Source: Kudoa neothunni (lineage: Eukaryota; Animalia; Cnidaria). Taken from it: a DNA stretch of 64,000 nucleotides. Shown one piece after another: positions 25,038 to 39,590 of the stretch (position 1 is its first letter; each line of letters opens with the position of its first letter). Under the pieces are notes generated by a model. It searched no databases and was not told where the DNA came from. It saw nothing but the letters and a program-made list of their open reading frames with translations. A program made the translations under genes and the position numbers. The stretch is from NCBI GenBank assembly GCA_964304625.1, contig OZ199838.1, positions 5,294,145-5,358,144 of the forward strand, read 5' to 3'.

Positions 25038-27592
25038 TCATTGCCATAGAAACACATTCCTCCTAGAGTCAGAGGACAAAATATTTGAGCCCTGATGAGA
25101 CCAAGTCGTACACACTATTGGATAACTATTTTTGAGACCAAATTATTACACCAATATACAATGATAAAATATACGAGTGGCCATCCAAGGTACGACATTC
25201 ATTTTTGGGAACATTCCAAACAAGGACTTGAGAAGTGCGTGAACCAGCTACAATATGTTGGCCATCACAACTACCTCAAAATTTAATATATGGTCGACAA
25301 AGAATGTTTACCTCATACCAATTTTAGCCCAGTCGAACGCAATAGAAAGATAATTGTGACTACAAAACAAACATTTTATTTTATTTATTTATTATAAAAC
25401 ACCTACCTCAAAACTGTAGGTTTGAAGTTCCTCATATCGTAAACATAGATCTTATTATTTCTCGAGGAAACTGCAAAAGTATTGCCTACGATTTATATAT
25501 TTTTACGTAAATAAACATTAAAAAGTACTGGCATAAACTAAGCTAGTGATTTTATCAGGAATATTTATGCTTTTGCTGAGATGTTTGGTTCTAGGCGAGA
25601 TAAAGTTGACTAGCAAAAAATTCAAAAAAACCTTAGATCCCATATTCTACAGCATTTGTCCAAATGAGCACTTATGCCGCTAAATAAAATATTTAATAAT
25701 ATTTGGTCAAATAGGCGGGAATGCAGATAGATGTTTAAATGATACGAGTAGCTTGTTATAGCTGCCAGGTCGATACACGAAGACGGTATATAAAAAGAGA
25801 TTAGGCCTTGATAATTTACATTAAAAAAATTGCAAACATAAATCCATAGGGAAGGCAATTACAGCTAAGTGAAACGGTATCCCATTGCTTAATTTGTCTG
25901 TCTTTTCCTCCAGAAATAACTTTGCTGGAATCGTGTGGTGAAAATTTGGCACTGAGAACTTTGTCCTCATGTCCCATCAAACTGTCAACCAATTTGCACT
26001 CTTCAATATTCCAAATATTGCAGGAACGATCTGAACTACCAGTAAGAATGCGTGTTTCCTAGGAAATTTTCGACGATTTAATTAAGTCTCGATAGGCACA
26101 GAGAATGAGGCCTTACATCTCCGTTGATATCTACCGAATTAACAACTCCACTGCAACCTTTTAGTATTCCATAATACGATAAATCTACCAATTTTACATC
26201 ACCGCTGCACACAATAGCAGTAATGACAAATAATTTGTACCAGATTTTAGTTTGTATACCACCACATTGTCCCCAGTGGATATGCCGGCACAACCTTTAC
26301 CTGCGCTTATATCGTAGATATCATCGTTTAGATTCTTATGCATATATATAGTTATCAATATATTTACATCTTCATTTTGTTTTTATTGGCACAGTAAATA
26401 ATACTCAAACTATAGCAGACTTGGTTGTTAGATAATATATATGAATTCTAAGATCCGGTGAAGAAAAATAATTGTATCAAACAAAGTTAAATTGAAAAGT
26501 TAGGTTATCACAAATATTAACTAATAACACTAGAAATTGGCAATATCACAAGTGTAGATTTTATTATAGTTAATTAACCGTGCCAACGTGCAATAATCAA
26601 TTTAGCGTTACAATCTTCTTGACGATTCTACTAGGGAAGAATGAGCATAATGCTTCTTGCGAATTGAGTGTAATTTTTGAAGAAGACTTGGAACTTTTGG
26701 TGGATTCCACCATTCTTCATATCATACATTGCCAATTTAATCAATATATTGAAAACTACTTTATTTGAAGCTCATTATTACGCAAAACCTCATTTATTTG
26801 TTTTTCTTTTACACGCAATATTTCATTCAGCTAAAGTGATGCTATTTGATAGAACTTCCTTATTGAAATTAACCATATGTTCGTTTTCTTCCTTTAAACT
26901 GAAGATCTCTCGTTCATGTGCCATAAGTACCGACTGTAACACTTTATGTTCTTCCATCAGCTGTTGTTTGGCTTGTTTTTCGTTGGCTAGCAATTCGGTT
27001 AATCGACTGTTTTCCTGTTTGAGTTCATCTACATCCTCTGACATGATCTCATATCTGAATTAATCATTATTATCATTACAGCTAACAAATGATACTTTGT
27101 TGTCATTTGAACCAGTTTTTCTTTGGTTTCATGATAATTTTTTTCACATAAATTCAATTTTTCAATAAGCTAGCCAACAAAAATCTTTCTTTCAATAGTC
27201 ACACATAAATACACAAATACCATTTTATTCTCATTAGAATACTCTTCTAATCTAGCTTGGTGAATAGCAATTGATCTATCCGATGTGAAAATTCCCTCTG
27301 TTATTTTCTAATCCAAAATTTCAACAACCACATTATCATCGCATTCACAATTTTTATGAATGTCTATTACAGATAATGCTTGTTCATTGATATTCGAATA
27401 TTCTTTGATTCGATAAAGATACTCTTGTTGAGAGTACAATAGTTTGAGATCTATTATATTTTTTTATTAATAATAATCAATTAAAATATTACAATCCACA
27501 ATTAAACGTTCATATCTTTGATATTCAGTTCGGTCTCTTTTTTCGATAAGTTTTTTGAAAACAATATTAAACTCTTCGTTTTTTGAACACAT
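25038..27592 (-). CDS. ATG16L1: Autophagy-related protein 16-like (ATG5-binding helix, coiled coil, WD40), multi-exon
   Basis: N-terminal KKLIEKRDRTEYQRYERLI, coiled coil at 26823-27044, and WD repeats LMGHEDKVLSAKF..VISGGKDRQIKQWD, ISAHLDKCCRIWDLR and SRNNKIYVYDMR. Ends VFLWQ* at 25038. Confidence 0.82.
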
Positions 27593-27917
27593 AGAACCAC
27601 TTCTATGGACTTGTATTAGATATTAATAATAATTATTACCTAGGGGAGTTAAATGTTTTTATTGGATGTGGCCGCGCATAATATTTACGCTATAGTTTCA
27701 TAGAGCACCTATGTACAACCTTTAAATTATTGGATAAATATTCTAAATTGTCATATTTCTGAAAGTTTTTTATAATGTGATTAGATAGAGAATTATACGC
27801 TGTTTTGTTTATTTGTGCGCGTGCGCAAACCCTCGAAATCCTTCTGAAACATCTTTCACTCGCGGTGTCTCACTTTATATTTGTTATTTTCTTTCTATTT
27901 TATCAAAGTTAAATACA

Positions 27918-29985
27918 ATGAGAAACGACAACCCATCAAACGTCTCAGATAATAGTAGGTCCATGCGTAGCGCGCGTTATATTGATCATTTTCCAGTGTT
28001 AAGCTACGAAAATCTTCCTACATTGAATCAAGGGGATATTCAATCGGAAACAATCTCTAACATTGAACGAAAAAATATTGCAAGGTCAATTGTGATCCCC
28101 ACCGACGATACACTTGTAAAACTCAAATTGAGGGAACTATTGGAACCTATTTGTAGGTTTTGAATATTTTTAATTTGAAAATAATGTTGGATTGAAAATT
28201 TAATCCACCTCATTTTGTATTAAATAACCATACTTGGATATTGTAGGTTTATTTGGAGAAGGCCCTGGTGAAAGGCGTGAACGTCTTAGAAATCTTCTTG
28301 TGGATATTGGTATCTATTTTGATGTTTTGTAGGAAATTTTGACTTGTATTTAGATCCTAATTGTTCGTTTAAACGAGTGGAAACCTTTGATGTAGTTTAA
28401 TGAATATTATTAGTTTTGATTTTTTTGTGATGTTGCTGATAGAATTCGAACGATCAAGTGTGGTATCACCCAGGAAGCGATGAGCTGTATGAAGCTAGAC
28501 TGAACCTCTTAGTCTATTCTATTCCCAGGTAGATTTCTCGACAGATCAACAAGACTCAACATGACAATTCCTAATTTGAACTAGAACTCAAAATCGCCTC
28601 ATTCGTGAAGGACTAAACGTACGAATGAGCGAATTCGAAAAAACAGCCAAATCTCAAGAAATTCAAAAAAAATTTAAAGATATTGTCAATGTGGCTAGTC
28701 AAGTGGCAGACGAGCGACCAATATCCACTTGCCTCGTTCATCCCAATAACGAGCATATTTTGACTGGATCCAGAGGCGGATCCATCAAATTGTGGGATAT
28801 TGCCACACTCTCTCCAATTCGCACCTACTACGGTCCACCTGAACATGTAGGCCACTGCTCGTTTCATCCAAATGCTCGCAGTCAGCGGGTTCATTTGGCC
28901 ACTTGTTCCGGTGGTAATGTCAATCTTTGGCATCGCGATATGTATTTTTTGCGAAGGTGATAAATAGTGTTAATTAAATGTTTCATTAGTGACAAACCTA
29001 TCGTATCATTCCCAAAATGTGAGTACAGATTCTCGTCGGTTAATTTTCATCCTTCTGGAAACTTCCTTGCTGCCGCTTGGTAACACACAACCATATCACG
29101 TATTGTAAAACTTATTTTTGATAGTTTTGATCATTCGTGGAGATTTATTGATGTGGAGAGAGAGGTTGAGCTGGTTCATCAGGTAAGCATTTTTTTTTAA
29201 TTTTCGCTTATACATTCACAATATATCGCAGACTGGACATTCAAAAGAATGCTACATCGTGAAATTTCATTGTGATGGATCACTAGCTGTTTCTGCGTAT
29301 ATTTATAGATTTAGCATTAATTGAGGTTATCGATGACAATAATGTTCTGTTTAGCGGTTTTGATTGTCGGGCTCTTGTGTGGGATATTCGAAGTGGACGT
29401 TGTATTCTGTCCCTCGATGGCCACCAAAAGCGTATCGTATCGTTGGATATTGCTAATGACGGGTATAAATCATCTGTTGAGAATTTTATTGCACAAAATC
29501 TAACATCCACTTAGCTATTATGTTGCCTCCGGTGGAGATGATCAAAAGATTATGATTTGGGATCTACGCAAACAACAATGCGTTTATTCTATCGCCGCCC
29601 ACACTAGTGTCATCACTAGTTTAAAGTTTTTTGGTAAGAACATTGTTTTATTTCCTCTTCGCTTTTATAAAGTTATTTTTTCCAATAGATGGTTGTTTGT
29701 TGTCTTCCTCATTTGATGGAACTGCTAAAGTAAATATATACAATTTTTTGTTGGTTTCTAACGCCGAATCGTCTGTATCTAGGTATGGGCTCATCCTGCT
29801 TGGATTCCCCTAGCCACCTTGTCTGGACACAACCAAAAGGTCACATGTGTAGATATGTCTCCAGGTAGTCATTTTTTGCGTCGAACAATTGTAAATAGAA
29901 ACTCAATCAAGATTTCAAGAATATTTTTACCTCTTCCTTTGATCGGACCTTCAAAAAGTGGACAAAAGATGCTTTGTCAGTCTAG
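27918..29985 (+). CDS. PRPF4: U4/U6 snRNP protein Prp4, multi-exon
   Basis: PRP4 motif [34 protein letters not shown], then WYHPGSDEL and ASQVADERPIS, followed by WD40 repeats ending TSSFDRTFKKW. Confidence 0.92.
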
Positions 29986-30539
29986 CCTCAATTTTATTAG
30001 TTTAAGTGCGTAACTCTATGATGTAATTATACTCAATTTTATTGTTTCGATTATCATATATTTTTAATTCGGTTTCTTTTTTTTGCATTTAATTTTCATT
30101 TTCCTTATTTATAACTTGTCGCTTCTTTTGAAACTTAATACAATGCAGCCTAGGACTTCGACCATAATCCATTCTAGAAGCGTGTTCAAACTCCGAATAA
30201 TTGTTCCCATGCAAAATTATGAAAATTAATTTAATCCATTACCGCTCATCAAATAAATGATTATTTTTATTCTCATTTATTAAAAAACCAGCATGTCATG
30301 TTTATAAAATATATTAATAAAAATGAAATATAGGGTGTAACTTTAAATCAATACCCCCATTTTTTATCGTTCAGTTTTAAATGACTATAAGTATTACAAA
30401 ACAATACCAAAATCAAGGACTAATTATACAAAAATCAGTAATATAATTTAACATGGTGTTAATACTAAATAGAATCGGAATAGTTATGATTAAACCTAAT
30501 ATATTATTGATTAATTTGGTGTTTATATTATTTATTTTT

Positions 30540-30870
30540 GGTTCATCTGCCCCGTATACACGTAAGTCTTTCTTAATGAAGGTAGGATTACCGAGAGTTT
30601 CAAATACCGCTGTTTTTGACGTAGTGAAGAATTAAATATGTTAATTTTTAAAATCCATCGAGAAATTTAGTCAGATCTAATCGAACACGTTCGTATTTTA
30701 ATTGAAAAAGAATTACATCTTAAACAATTTTGAATTTTATATTGACAAGTAATTTTATTTCAAGTTATACGCAGTTTAATTAAAACATTAATACTTTTGA
30801 AAAAGGTGGGGCACAAAACTTTTTTCAAGAAAAAATGGGAAGCGATAGAAAAACGATTAGGAAATACTGG
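30540..30870. mobile_element. Truncated copy (right end) of the hAT MITE family at 49215-49892
   Basis: Co-linear similarity to about 49600-49892 (tatacac..agtctttc, ccatcga, gcgatagaaaaa) ending in ttaggaaatactg. Confidence 0.65.
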
Positions 30871-31111
30871 AGTAAAGTATCTTAAATCATATTAAATTAG
30901 TGAGACAAAAATTCAAAATTAAAAGTAACGGATGATCATTTTATCAATGACTAACATAAATTAAACAAATTCATCAATTATTCTTGAAAAAATATTATTC
31001 AGATCCTAAAAAAAGATAATCGTGCGTATTATTGGATATTTATGAAGGTTAATTGAAGATGAGACACTGTGAAAAATAAAATTAGTTTGACGACGAACAG
31101 ATGATATAAGT

Positions 31112-31450
31112 CAGGGGTTCTCAACCAGGGGGTAAATTATGTGGCACCAAAATTGAATAATGACAATTTTAGCATAATGCGGTTTTTTACGTACTTAAAG
31201 ATTTCTAACAAGTTATATCATTCAGGACTATTAAATTCAATGAAGATATTCGTATAAATGTTTAAAATATTTTTAGGGATAGGTATTTAACACATTTATA
31301 AAGCTATTACCAGTCTCTTTCTTGTATGGCTCGTTTATCTTTTGGAAATGTAACCTAATGATACTTAAATAAGCATACAACCTTAAAATAGATATGAAAT
31401 TAGTTTCCAAGTTAAGGAGGTAAATTTAAAAAATCGGTTGAGAAAACCTG
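31112..31450. mobile_element. hAT MITE
   Basis: TIR caggggttctcaacc / ggttgagaaaacctg (13/15). TSD degenerate. Confidence 0.7.
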
Positions 31451-34374
31451 ATAAGATGGTTGGTCATTGCATTGTAAATCTTAAGGCCGCGAGTTCTAGT
31501 CACCCTGCGTTTAGCCGTGCTTTGGCGCTGTGCGTGCCTATCCCGTGATGAAAGCTGTTGTTAAGGTGTACGCCCATTATTATGTTTAATGCATTTAAAA
31601 TATAGTTTAATCCAGTGGAATAGGGAGGGTAAGATTTAACGTTTGAATCGGTTAGGCGTATTAGAAAATAAAAAAACTATAGTGATTTTTAGATAGGATT
31701 GCCGGAGTTGATACGTTTTCGCATTTAATAAAGGTATCTGTACTTTTGGTATGACTTTGAAACCAGCTGGTACGTTTCAAGGTCAACGAGTTTTGAGATA
31801 TAATTATCATAAGTGCATGCTACGTAATGAACAAATGTGTTAGAAGACTTGACGCGAAATATTCACTAATATCTCTCAAATAGCTCTAAATGTCTAAATG
31901 ATTATAACGAATTACAAATCTTATTTGGCATCGAGTATCAGAAGATATCGTATCTCTGCTGCAAAATATGGTTGTCTTTCGAGCATGTTTTTAAGAAAAG
32001 ATTGGAAGAATGGACGACTCTTGCGACGTTTCTCTAGATTGAACATCAGAAAACAATGCTGGACCCGCACCATGAATATTTTCGCCTCTCTTTAAAACCA
32101 TAAGTGAAATGTAATATGCTTTTTTAACTTTTATGTTACCCATATTCAATGAGTTCATCGTTGAATTACAAGGGGGGAGTTTAGAGTTAACAAGCTGAGT
32201 AATTCTTTTGAAAATATTATTAAAGTAAAACTTATTTATTTTTTAGGAGAAGTCTGATAAAAAAATAACACCTTCTGGAGAATAAATTTAAAAGACCCAT
32301 CAAATAATACTCCATTGGATAAGTTATATTATGAACCGAAATTAGAATCTACTTAGAATGAAAATGCTACTGAAATAAGTATGCAAGAACTTTCTTCCTT
32401 TGTTACAAAAACTCTGGATTTTAATTTACTACTTTCGAAACAAACACTTCACAAGTTATCGACCATTGCAAAGTTTATGAAGTTACAATTATTTGCAACA
32501 TTGAGTCCTGAAAATGTTAATGAAGGAAAACCCCATTCCATTATATCCCTCTAAAGAGATTTCCAAATATTGTTGCTGAAGATGAGCATTTTAACCTGGA
32601 TATTGAATAAATAGAACACAGCCTGGAGAGTAATGCCCATCAAGTTGAAAAAGACCTAGAGAAATTTGATATGTGGACTCGAATGAAGGAAGTGGAAAAG
32701 TATTTAAGTATCCATTACTGTAAAAATCAATGTTGTTTTTAATTGCTCTACTATATTCTGGATGTTTATTCAGAGATGCCAGTTGCTTGAGATGGAATTA
32801 GACCCTTAGAAAATCGAGGGTCGAGGAATATTTTTATAAAACGAAAGTGATTATGTGTTGAAGTGAAGATTATTACGGATTTGGGTAGGGATTTCACGAT
32901 TCCAACGTTTTGTGGTTGTTACTAGTTTTTATCAACATTTTGATATATAATACATTTCAGTAAATTAATGACGTAATATTTCACCTTATATTAAAAAACT
33001 AGGTAATAAATGTTTATTTTTAGGTTTTACACCATTTTTATATTGTTGAGATAAATAATAAAAAAATGCTTTTGACTTATTGACATCCATAATTAATTTT
33101 ATTTTAAATGCTTAAAACTTGTATATTTTGATTTGTGACGATTACTCTACTTTAAAATTAGTTTTAATTGAAAAGTAATTATTAAATATTTTTGTTTTTG
33201 GTTACTTTATATGTATAAACAAAAAGATAATATAATTAATTATTTTTAAATTTTCATGTTGGAATTTTAGAGAAAATATTGTTATAAAATTTTTTAAATC
33301 ATGAATAAACCGCCAGAAAAAATTAACAAACTAAAAACCATGTTAAGGGATGCCATCGTAAAATTGAAACATCTTCGTTCTTATTTTGAATCGAATAAAT
33401 CAGAAAGTTCTGTTTTTAAAATACGAAGTCAAAATTTAACATTTACAAACTTATTACCAACAGATACAAGTAAGAAATTCAGTGAACAACAAACAACTTC
33501 GAATTTGTTAAAGTTATAGAAAAATAATAATTTTTTTGATATGTTTATCAACAACATAGAGATTCCGCGTGAATCCGAATGTGCTCCACTTAAGACTTAT
33601 TTTCAGCTTATGGGTTAATTCTTTTTGATCTGAATTTAATTACATAATGTAATTTTTTGTGATAAGAATAGAAATGAAAAAACTTTTGAAAAGATGTGAA
33701 TTAACAGGACGAATTGTAGGGAACGACTTTATGCCGGATCTTGTATGCGACATCGCCCGAAGTTTGTACACAGATACTGTAGTACTGTAGTTTAGCTGAT
33801 ATTTTAAAAGAAATAGAATAGTTTATTCCAAAAAATAATGCACTGCTGAAATTTGATAAGAAAATTTCTCATAACATTGATTACAAAATTCCACTGTGAA
33901 CGAATCACATAATCATGTTAATATATTGAATTAATCTTTTCGAACTAGAGGATGATCCCTACGCCCTCGAAATCTCGAGGGTCGAGGCCGAGTGTCCTAG
34001 ATGGAATCCATCTGACCAATTAACTAAAATGATGGGAAATATAAATCTATGAGGAGAACGATGATAATGAATTGACATTTTTATAGATACATAGATCCTA
34101 TCAATAATTTTTTCTGTTTCGATTGGTTTTATGTTCCCAGAACTTTATGTTTTGTATTGTTTTTAAAATATTATACCTTTTTAATAATTTTAATAGGATT
34201 TTAAATTTTCTGATACTATTTGATACATTTCTATTAAATTATTTGGTCCGATTTACAAAAAATCGTCTGGCAACCCTGCCTGTAGATGCAGCAAATATTG
34301 GTCACGTGATTAAGAATATAGAGTTTATCCGCTTGGCTGATTAAGCCTTATAATTGGTGATTTCAAAATTTAAA

Positions 34375-37360
34375 ATGAATTACAATGCGGAGAATTTAAC
34401 AGCGGAACAGAAAAGAAGAATTGAACGAAATCATAAAATTGCTCTTGAAAAATTGCGCCTAAAACGGCTACAAAATGCATCAAATGAGCAGCCGAAAAAT
34501 GCATTTGACGTTATTACCAGGGCCGGGAAAACTATGAAAACTCCTGTTGGTAATCTACCGTCAGGATTAAATAAATGTATGAGATGAGACCAGGAAAATA
34601 TAACTAGATTTATTATCTATTTTATCGCTTAAAATTCATCGACACATCAATATTTTTGTTGTTTGTTTACATATTTTATCTATAGCAACCTATATAAAAC
34701 CATCAAAAGGTCCCCTCAATGTGACTCTGTTTTTGAATAAATTGAACGAGTTTGGAGTGCAATTTCCGTTTGATGAGAAATTGGTGCAGCTGTGCAAAAA
34801 TACGGTTGAGAGAAGATATGGTAAATTTTTTGTGGATTTAGAAGAAAATCATTTAAACTAATGACAGATCCACCGAATAAAATGTGGTTTTTCCCGTTGA
34901 AAGAGTATCCCGGTTTTGGTAGATAGTTAAAGTGGCGGTTGTTTTGATAAATTTTTACAGTTCAGCAATTAAAAAAATTACCCATCGCCAATTACCAATT
35001 GGTGGAAATACCCAAGAGCGTTCTTGAACTTCAACTTTCAATTCATTCTCACGCCCACAGCGCCAAAGATATCTCACTCGATAAAATCGATTCTACAATA
35101 ATAAACAGATTGATGCCATTTCAAATTGATGCAGTAAAGTAGTTGCCACTACTAATATTTTCTGCTAACAGTAATTATTTAAAGATTTGCTATATTGAAT
35201 AATGGAAGAATACTACTGGCTGATGACATGGGACTTGGTAAGACCGTCCAAGCATTGGCTATTGCTAGTTATTACCGCGATGAGTGGCCATTGTTAATAG
35301 TAACACCCTCCTCTTTGAGACACACTTGGAAAGAAGTGAGTTTTTTGTAGATTGGTTTTCAGCAGTATTTAATGGAATTATTTTCTTGAGCTGCTGTTTG
35401 TAGGCGATATGTGAGTGGTTATCCACTTTTATTGCTCCTTGTGACATTAACGTGATATATACAGCGAAAGATTTCCACCTAACTCTTCCCATCACTATTG
35501 TCAGTTATGAGCTACTCGCCAAATTTATTGCTATGAACCATGGCATCAAATTCAACATAATAATTGGTGTATCTTAATTATTTTATTGCTGTGATAGATT
35601 TAACTTGAAAATAATCATTTTTATGATTAATAGTTATTGGTTAACATTAACTGTTGGATTATGAATTAAATTTAGGATGAGTCCCATTACTTAAAAAATA
35701 GAAATGCATATAGAACTAAAGCATTTATGAATGTTGCAGTAGTATATGAAAATTATGTGATATGGTGGTCTGACGCTTTGTTAGGGCTGCAAACGAATAA
35801 TTTTGTTATCCGGAACTCCAGCATTATCTAAGCCTGTCGAATTATACGCTCAAATCAAAACCATAGCACCTTCATTTTTCCCCAATTTTCATCTGTTTGG
35901 GGTACGTTATTGTAATGCTACGAAGGTATAGAAATAAGACAGAAAAATTCTTGCATGATTGTTTATTAAAGACAAATTTTGGTTGGACTTACGATGGTTG
36001 TTCAAATGTGAATGAATTGAAGTTTATTCTACAATCCAAACTAATGATAAGGTTCTCCATAGTCATCGATTTGGGAATGATTATAAATAGGCGACTTAAG
36101 TCAGATGTCACTCAAGATTTACCACCAAAAACTCGAAAAATTGTATCATCTTGCACTTACTCACTTGTATATAATCTTAACCTAGATATACCTTGACCCC
36201 ACGCTTATTACCTATTCAAAATTATCGGAATGTAGCAATAGTATAAAGAAAATGAAATCCAAGGTAGTTAGCTTCCAATGTTCAAATTCTGAATAGATAA
36301 AAAGGAGAAATTTTTTCATTAATAACAACTATTTAGGCATCTCTACGATCGAAAATATTGGAATACTTTGGACTGACCGCCAAAGCTAAAGCTGCGGCTG
36401 TTTGGTAGAAGAAAGATTGATCTTCTTTATAGGTTAACGTTGGTTTTGATTTAAGTGACTATATACAAGACAGAATGGAAACTGAAAAAAAATTTATAAT
36501 TTTTGCTCATCACCAGTACATGCTTGATACTATCGAAGAGTTTCTGAGCAGTAAAGTATATCTTACATAGTAGGCCAAATCAACCCTACCACCTTTACCA
36601 ACTATGTCCTGTATTATTAGATCATCCTTAAAACTGAAGTTTTTAGTTTACAGATTCATTTAAATTTAAATTATTTAATTCGTAATTGCGATAATATCTG
36701 AATTTGGAAAGTCTAATTTATAAACATGGTGGATAACATTGAAAATTTTATTGAAGGGATGTGAACATATTCGAATTGATGGTTCCACAAAGCCTCAACT
36801 AAAGCAGCATTATGTTGATCAATTTCAAAATAATCCAAATATTTTGGTAGCCATACTATCAATCACATCGGTGTGTACAGGTCTATATCTTGTTGTTAAC
36901 AACTCAGAATTAAACAATCGGATCAAGGTCTCACAATAACTAATGCAAACTCTGTCGTATTTGCTGAGTTATTCTGGAATCCAGGAGTATTCTTTTTATA
37001 TTCCTAACCGATCATATTGTAACAAAAATACCTTAAACGTTTTAAGATTCTCGCTCAAGCTGAAGATAGAATCTATCGAATAGGCCAAAAATCTGCCGTA
37101 ACCGCTATCTATCTTATTGCCAAATCAACATGTGACGATTATATGTGGCCCCTTATTCGAAGCAAACTTCAAATATTGCAAGGTGTTGGTGTGAATTCAC
37201 ATGATATTTCTAGCGGCTTGTCTATAGATGTTATGGTAATAATAGTGTTGATGAAATGGGGCGTATATTGGTTCGAATCTTTTAGGATTCCACAAAAATT
37301 ACCTTGGACACTTTATTCTCAAACGATGAAGATAATTTTGGGGACCAAACAGAATTTTAA
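34375..37360 (+). CDS. SMARCAL1: SMARCAL1 annealing helicase (one HARP domain), multi-exon
   Basis: RPA-binding start [19 protein letters not shown]; HARP segment [17 protein letters not shown]; SNF2 motifs [33 protein letters not shown] and [23 protein letters not shown]. Confidence 0.93.
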
Positions 37361-37734
37361 TTTATAATTACTTTGACAACTCTGAGATTTTATTAAGCCG
37401 AAATTTTTTTATAAAATATTTTTATTTATAGCCAATATTGAAATCTAAAGTTATTCGCGAAACATCTCATCCTTCTTTAGTGTGTGGGAATAAAGAAAAA
37501 TAATTGATTTAAACTTCAATAATATGGTACGGATATTAAAATTTCATATTATTCCAGCTGTGTAAAATGAATAAATCTCTAATCGTTATCAGAATAACAC
37601 TATAAGTTTACCTTAGCTGTTCCGTGTTATATTTTTTATGTAAATTTAATATATATTGTTTTTAATATTTAACAGATAATCTCTTGATTATTTAAAGTAT
37701 TGGTACTCATTTTGGCAACCACCGATTAACTTAA

Positions 37735-38086
37735 CCCTCTAAGCCAGCGAAAAATTCCATCCTCTAACGGGTATGAGATGAAAAACACACTAGACTTTTT
37801 TCGCTTAAATTTGCTCAAAAATAATTTTGAATTTATTTGAGAATTTTTAGCAAATTCAATCGATAGAATTTGGAGTATATTTATATCTATTACAAACTTA
37901 ATCCGTTTCGGCATTGTTCAAATTAATCATTGTGGATTATTTTAAACGAATAATAAGGCCTTGCGTTAAGTAGTGTAAAAAATAAGTTATTATCTGACTC
38001 ACTACTAAGGGAATATATATGATCAAAGAATTCGCTGAAATCGCTTGTCTTAATTCTCCCTAAGCCCGTTAGAGGATGGAATTTTT
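37735..38086. mobile_element. Probable piggyBac-type MITE fragment
   Basis: TTAA+CCC left end (37731-37737). Perfect 22-bp inverted repeat aaaaattccatcctctaacggg at 37750-37771 and 38065-38086. No matching GGG+TTAA right end. Confidence 0.55.
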
Positions 38087-39590
38087 TTGGGCACGACCTG
38101 AACTTATACTTTAGTCAAGCTTTTGATATGTGGTACATTTAATAAATATAGGAAGATGGCGTAAATTTCAATTTTCTATGAGAAGGTTGTAAAATTTTTA
38201 ATTTGATTGAGATAATTCAATGTAAAAAATAAAATAGTCTTTGAATGATCCTGGGGTCGATTTTTGCAAATTTATTGAAGTATGAGTCTACTATAAATTA
38301 TTATTAAATAGTACAGTTGATTGTAATAATTTTTAAGTTCGAACTTTGAAGTAAACTCTTATCATTTATGTATCCAAATTCTATTTAATGAACGCCAAAT
38401 ATAGTAATTTTGTTAAATTTGATATGCTAAAACAATTTTTTGTATAAATTCAAAAGTTAAACGAAAATTAATACAATTTCTAGTTATAATGGTGTCGCAA
38501 ATAGAGACGTTAAATTAACAAACAATAGATAAATGGTAAATTCTGAGTATAATGAAAGTTAGTAAATCTGAATTAATCATTATTTTTACTAAAATTTTTA
38601 ATATTATTTATTCTCAGATAATTAAGCTCTTACTGTCTTGAGGTTTCCATCGATGGTAGTTGCCGAGGGGCATTTCCAAGATGTTAAGGTATCAATAAAT
38701 AATCATAGACTACCTTCATACTACAAATATCAATAGTTAACGCTCCTTTTTCTATGATATAAAAATTAAATTATTTTCGTGTTTATTTGTTATATTAATT
38801 CTATAATTAGTAGATCAAAGCCCACCACAAACCACCGGGGTAACATTGGGGCTTAAGTTCTGAAGATTTTGTGTTATTAATTTATTCAAACCTAATTAGA
38901 ACATTCGCTGTGAAAAAGTTTTGAGTAATATTAAATGCTCCCAAGGTTAATCTCATTATAATCCCATACGTGTAATTTCGTACAATATTCGTAGGTCATC
39001 GCTCACGCTAGTAAAGAATAAACTGTTTCATTTTACAAAAAATGAATTTTATTTATTGGTCGGAAAATTTAATGCCAAAATCTTACTATATGGCAAACTG
39101 AAAAGACAGAGGATTCATTGCTATAAAAATATTTGAATGTTATAATCCAACCGAATTTGTTTATGTATCGGTCTTTGAATCTTTAGTTCGATGTAAAAAT
39201 TTTTCATGAATAATATTTTAACGAGAAATGGCCAATAATTAAAAATTCACTTGAACGAATGGATGAATGAATAACAATTGCTTTATTGGTCTGGTGCATT
39301 TTCATATTAACGCTGATGTTGTGAGTTGTATTCTGATGGTCTTTTCTTTTGGATAAAGTTGAGTAATTATCGAATTATGATTTGTTCTTGGTTGCATGAG
39401 AAAATAAAATACAACTGGCTACAATTTTTGTTATAAATAGGGACTGCATTTTTCGAGGTCTATTTTTTTCGGCGGCAATTTGATTGTACTCGTTTAGTTT
39501 TGGAACTGTTGAAATGGGAAGAAAGCGCAGATAAATCGATAGCTTTTTGAATGAATGGAGCGATTTAGAAAAAGCGGATGACTCGTTAAC

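Noticed and set aside
35569-35676. U12-type intron in SMARCAL1 (donor gtatctt)
   Set aside because: Does not match the RTATCCTT consensus, and no TCCTTAAC branch site is visible.
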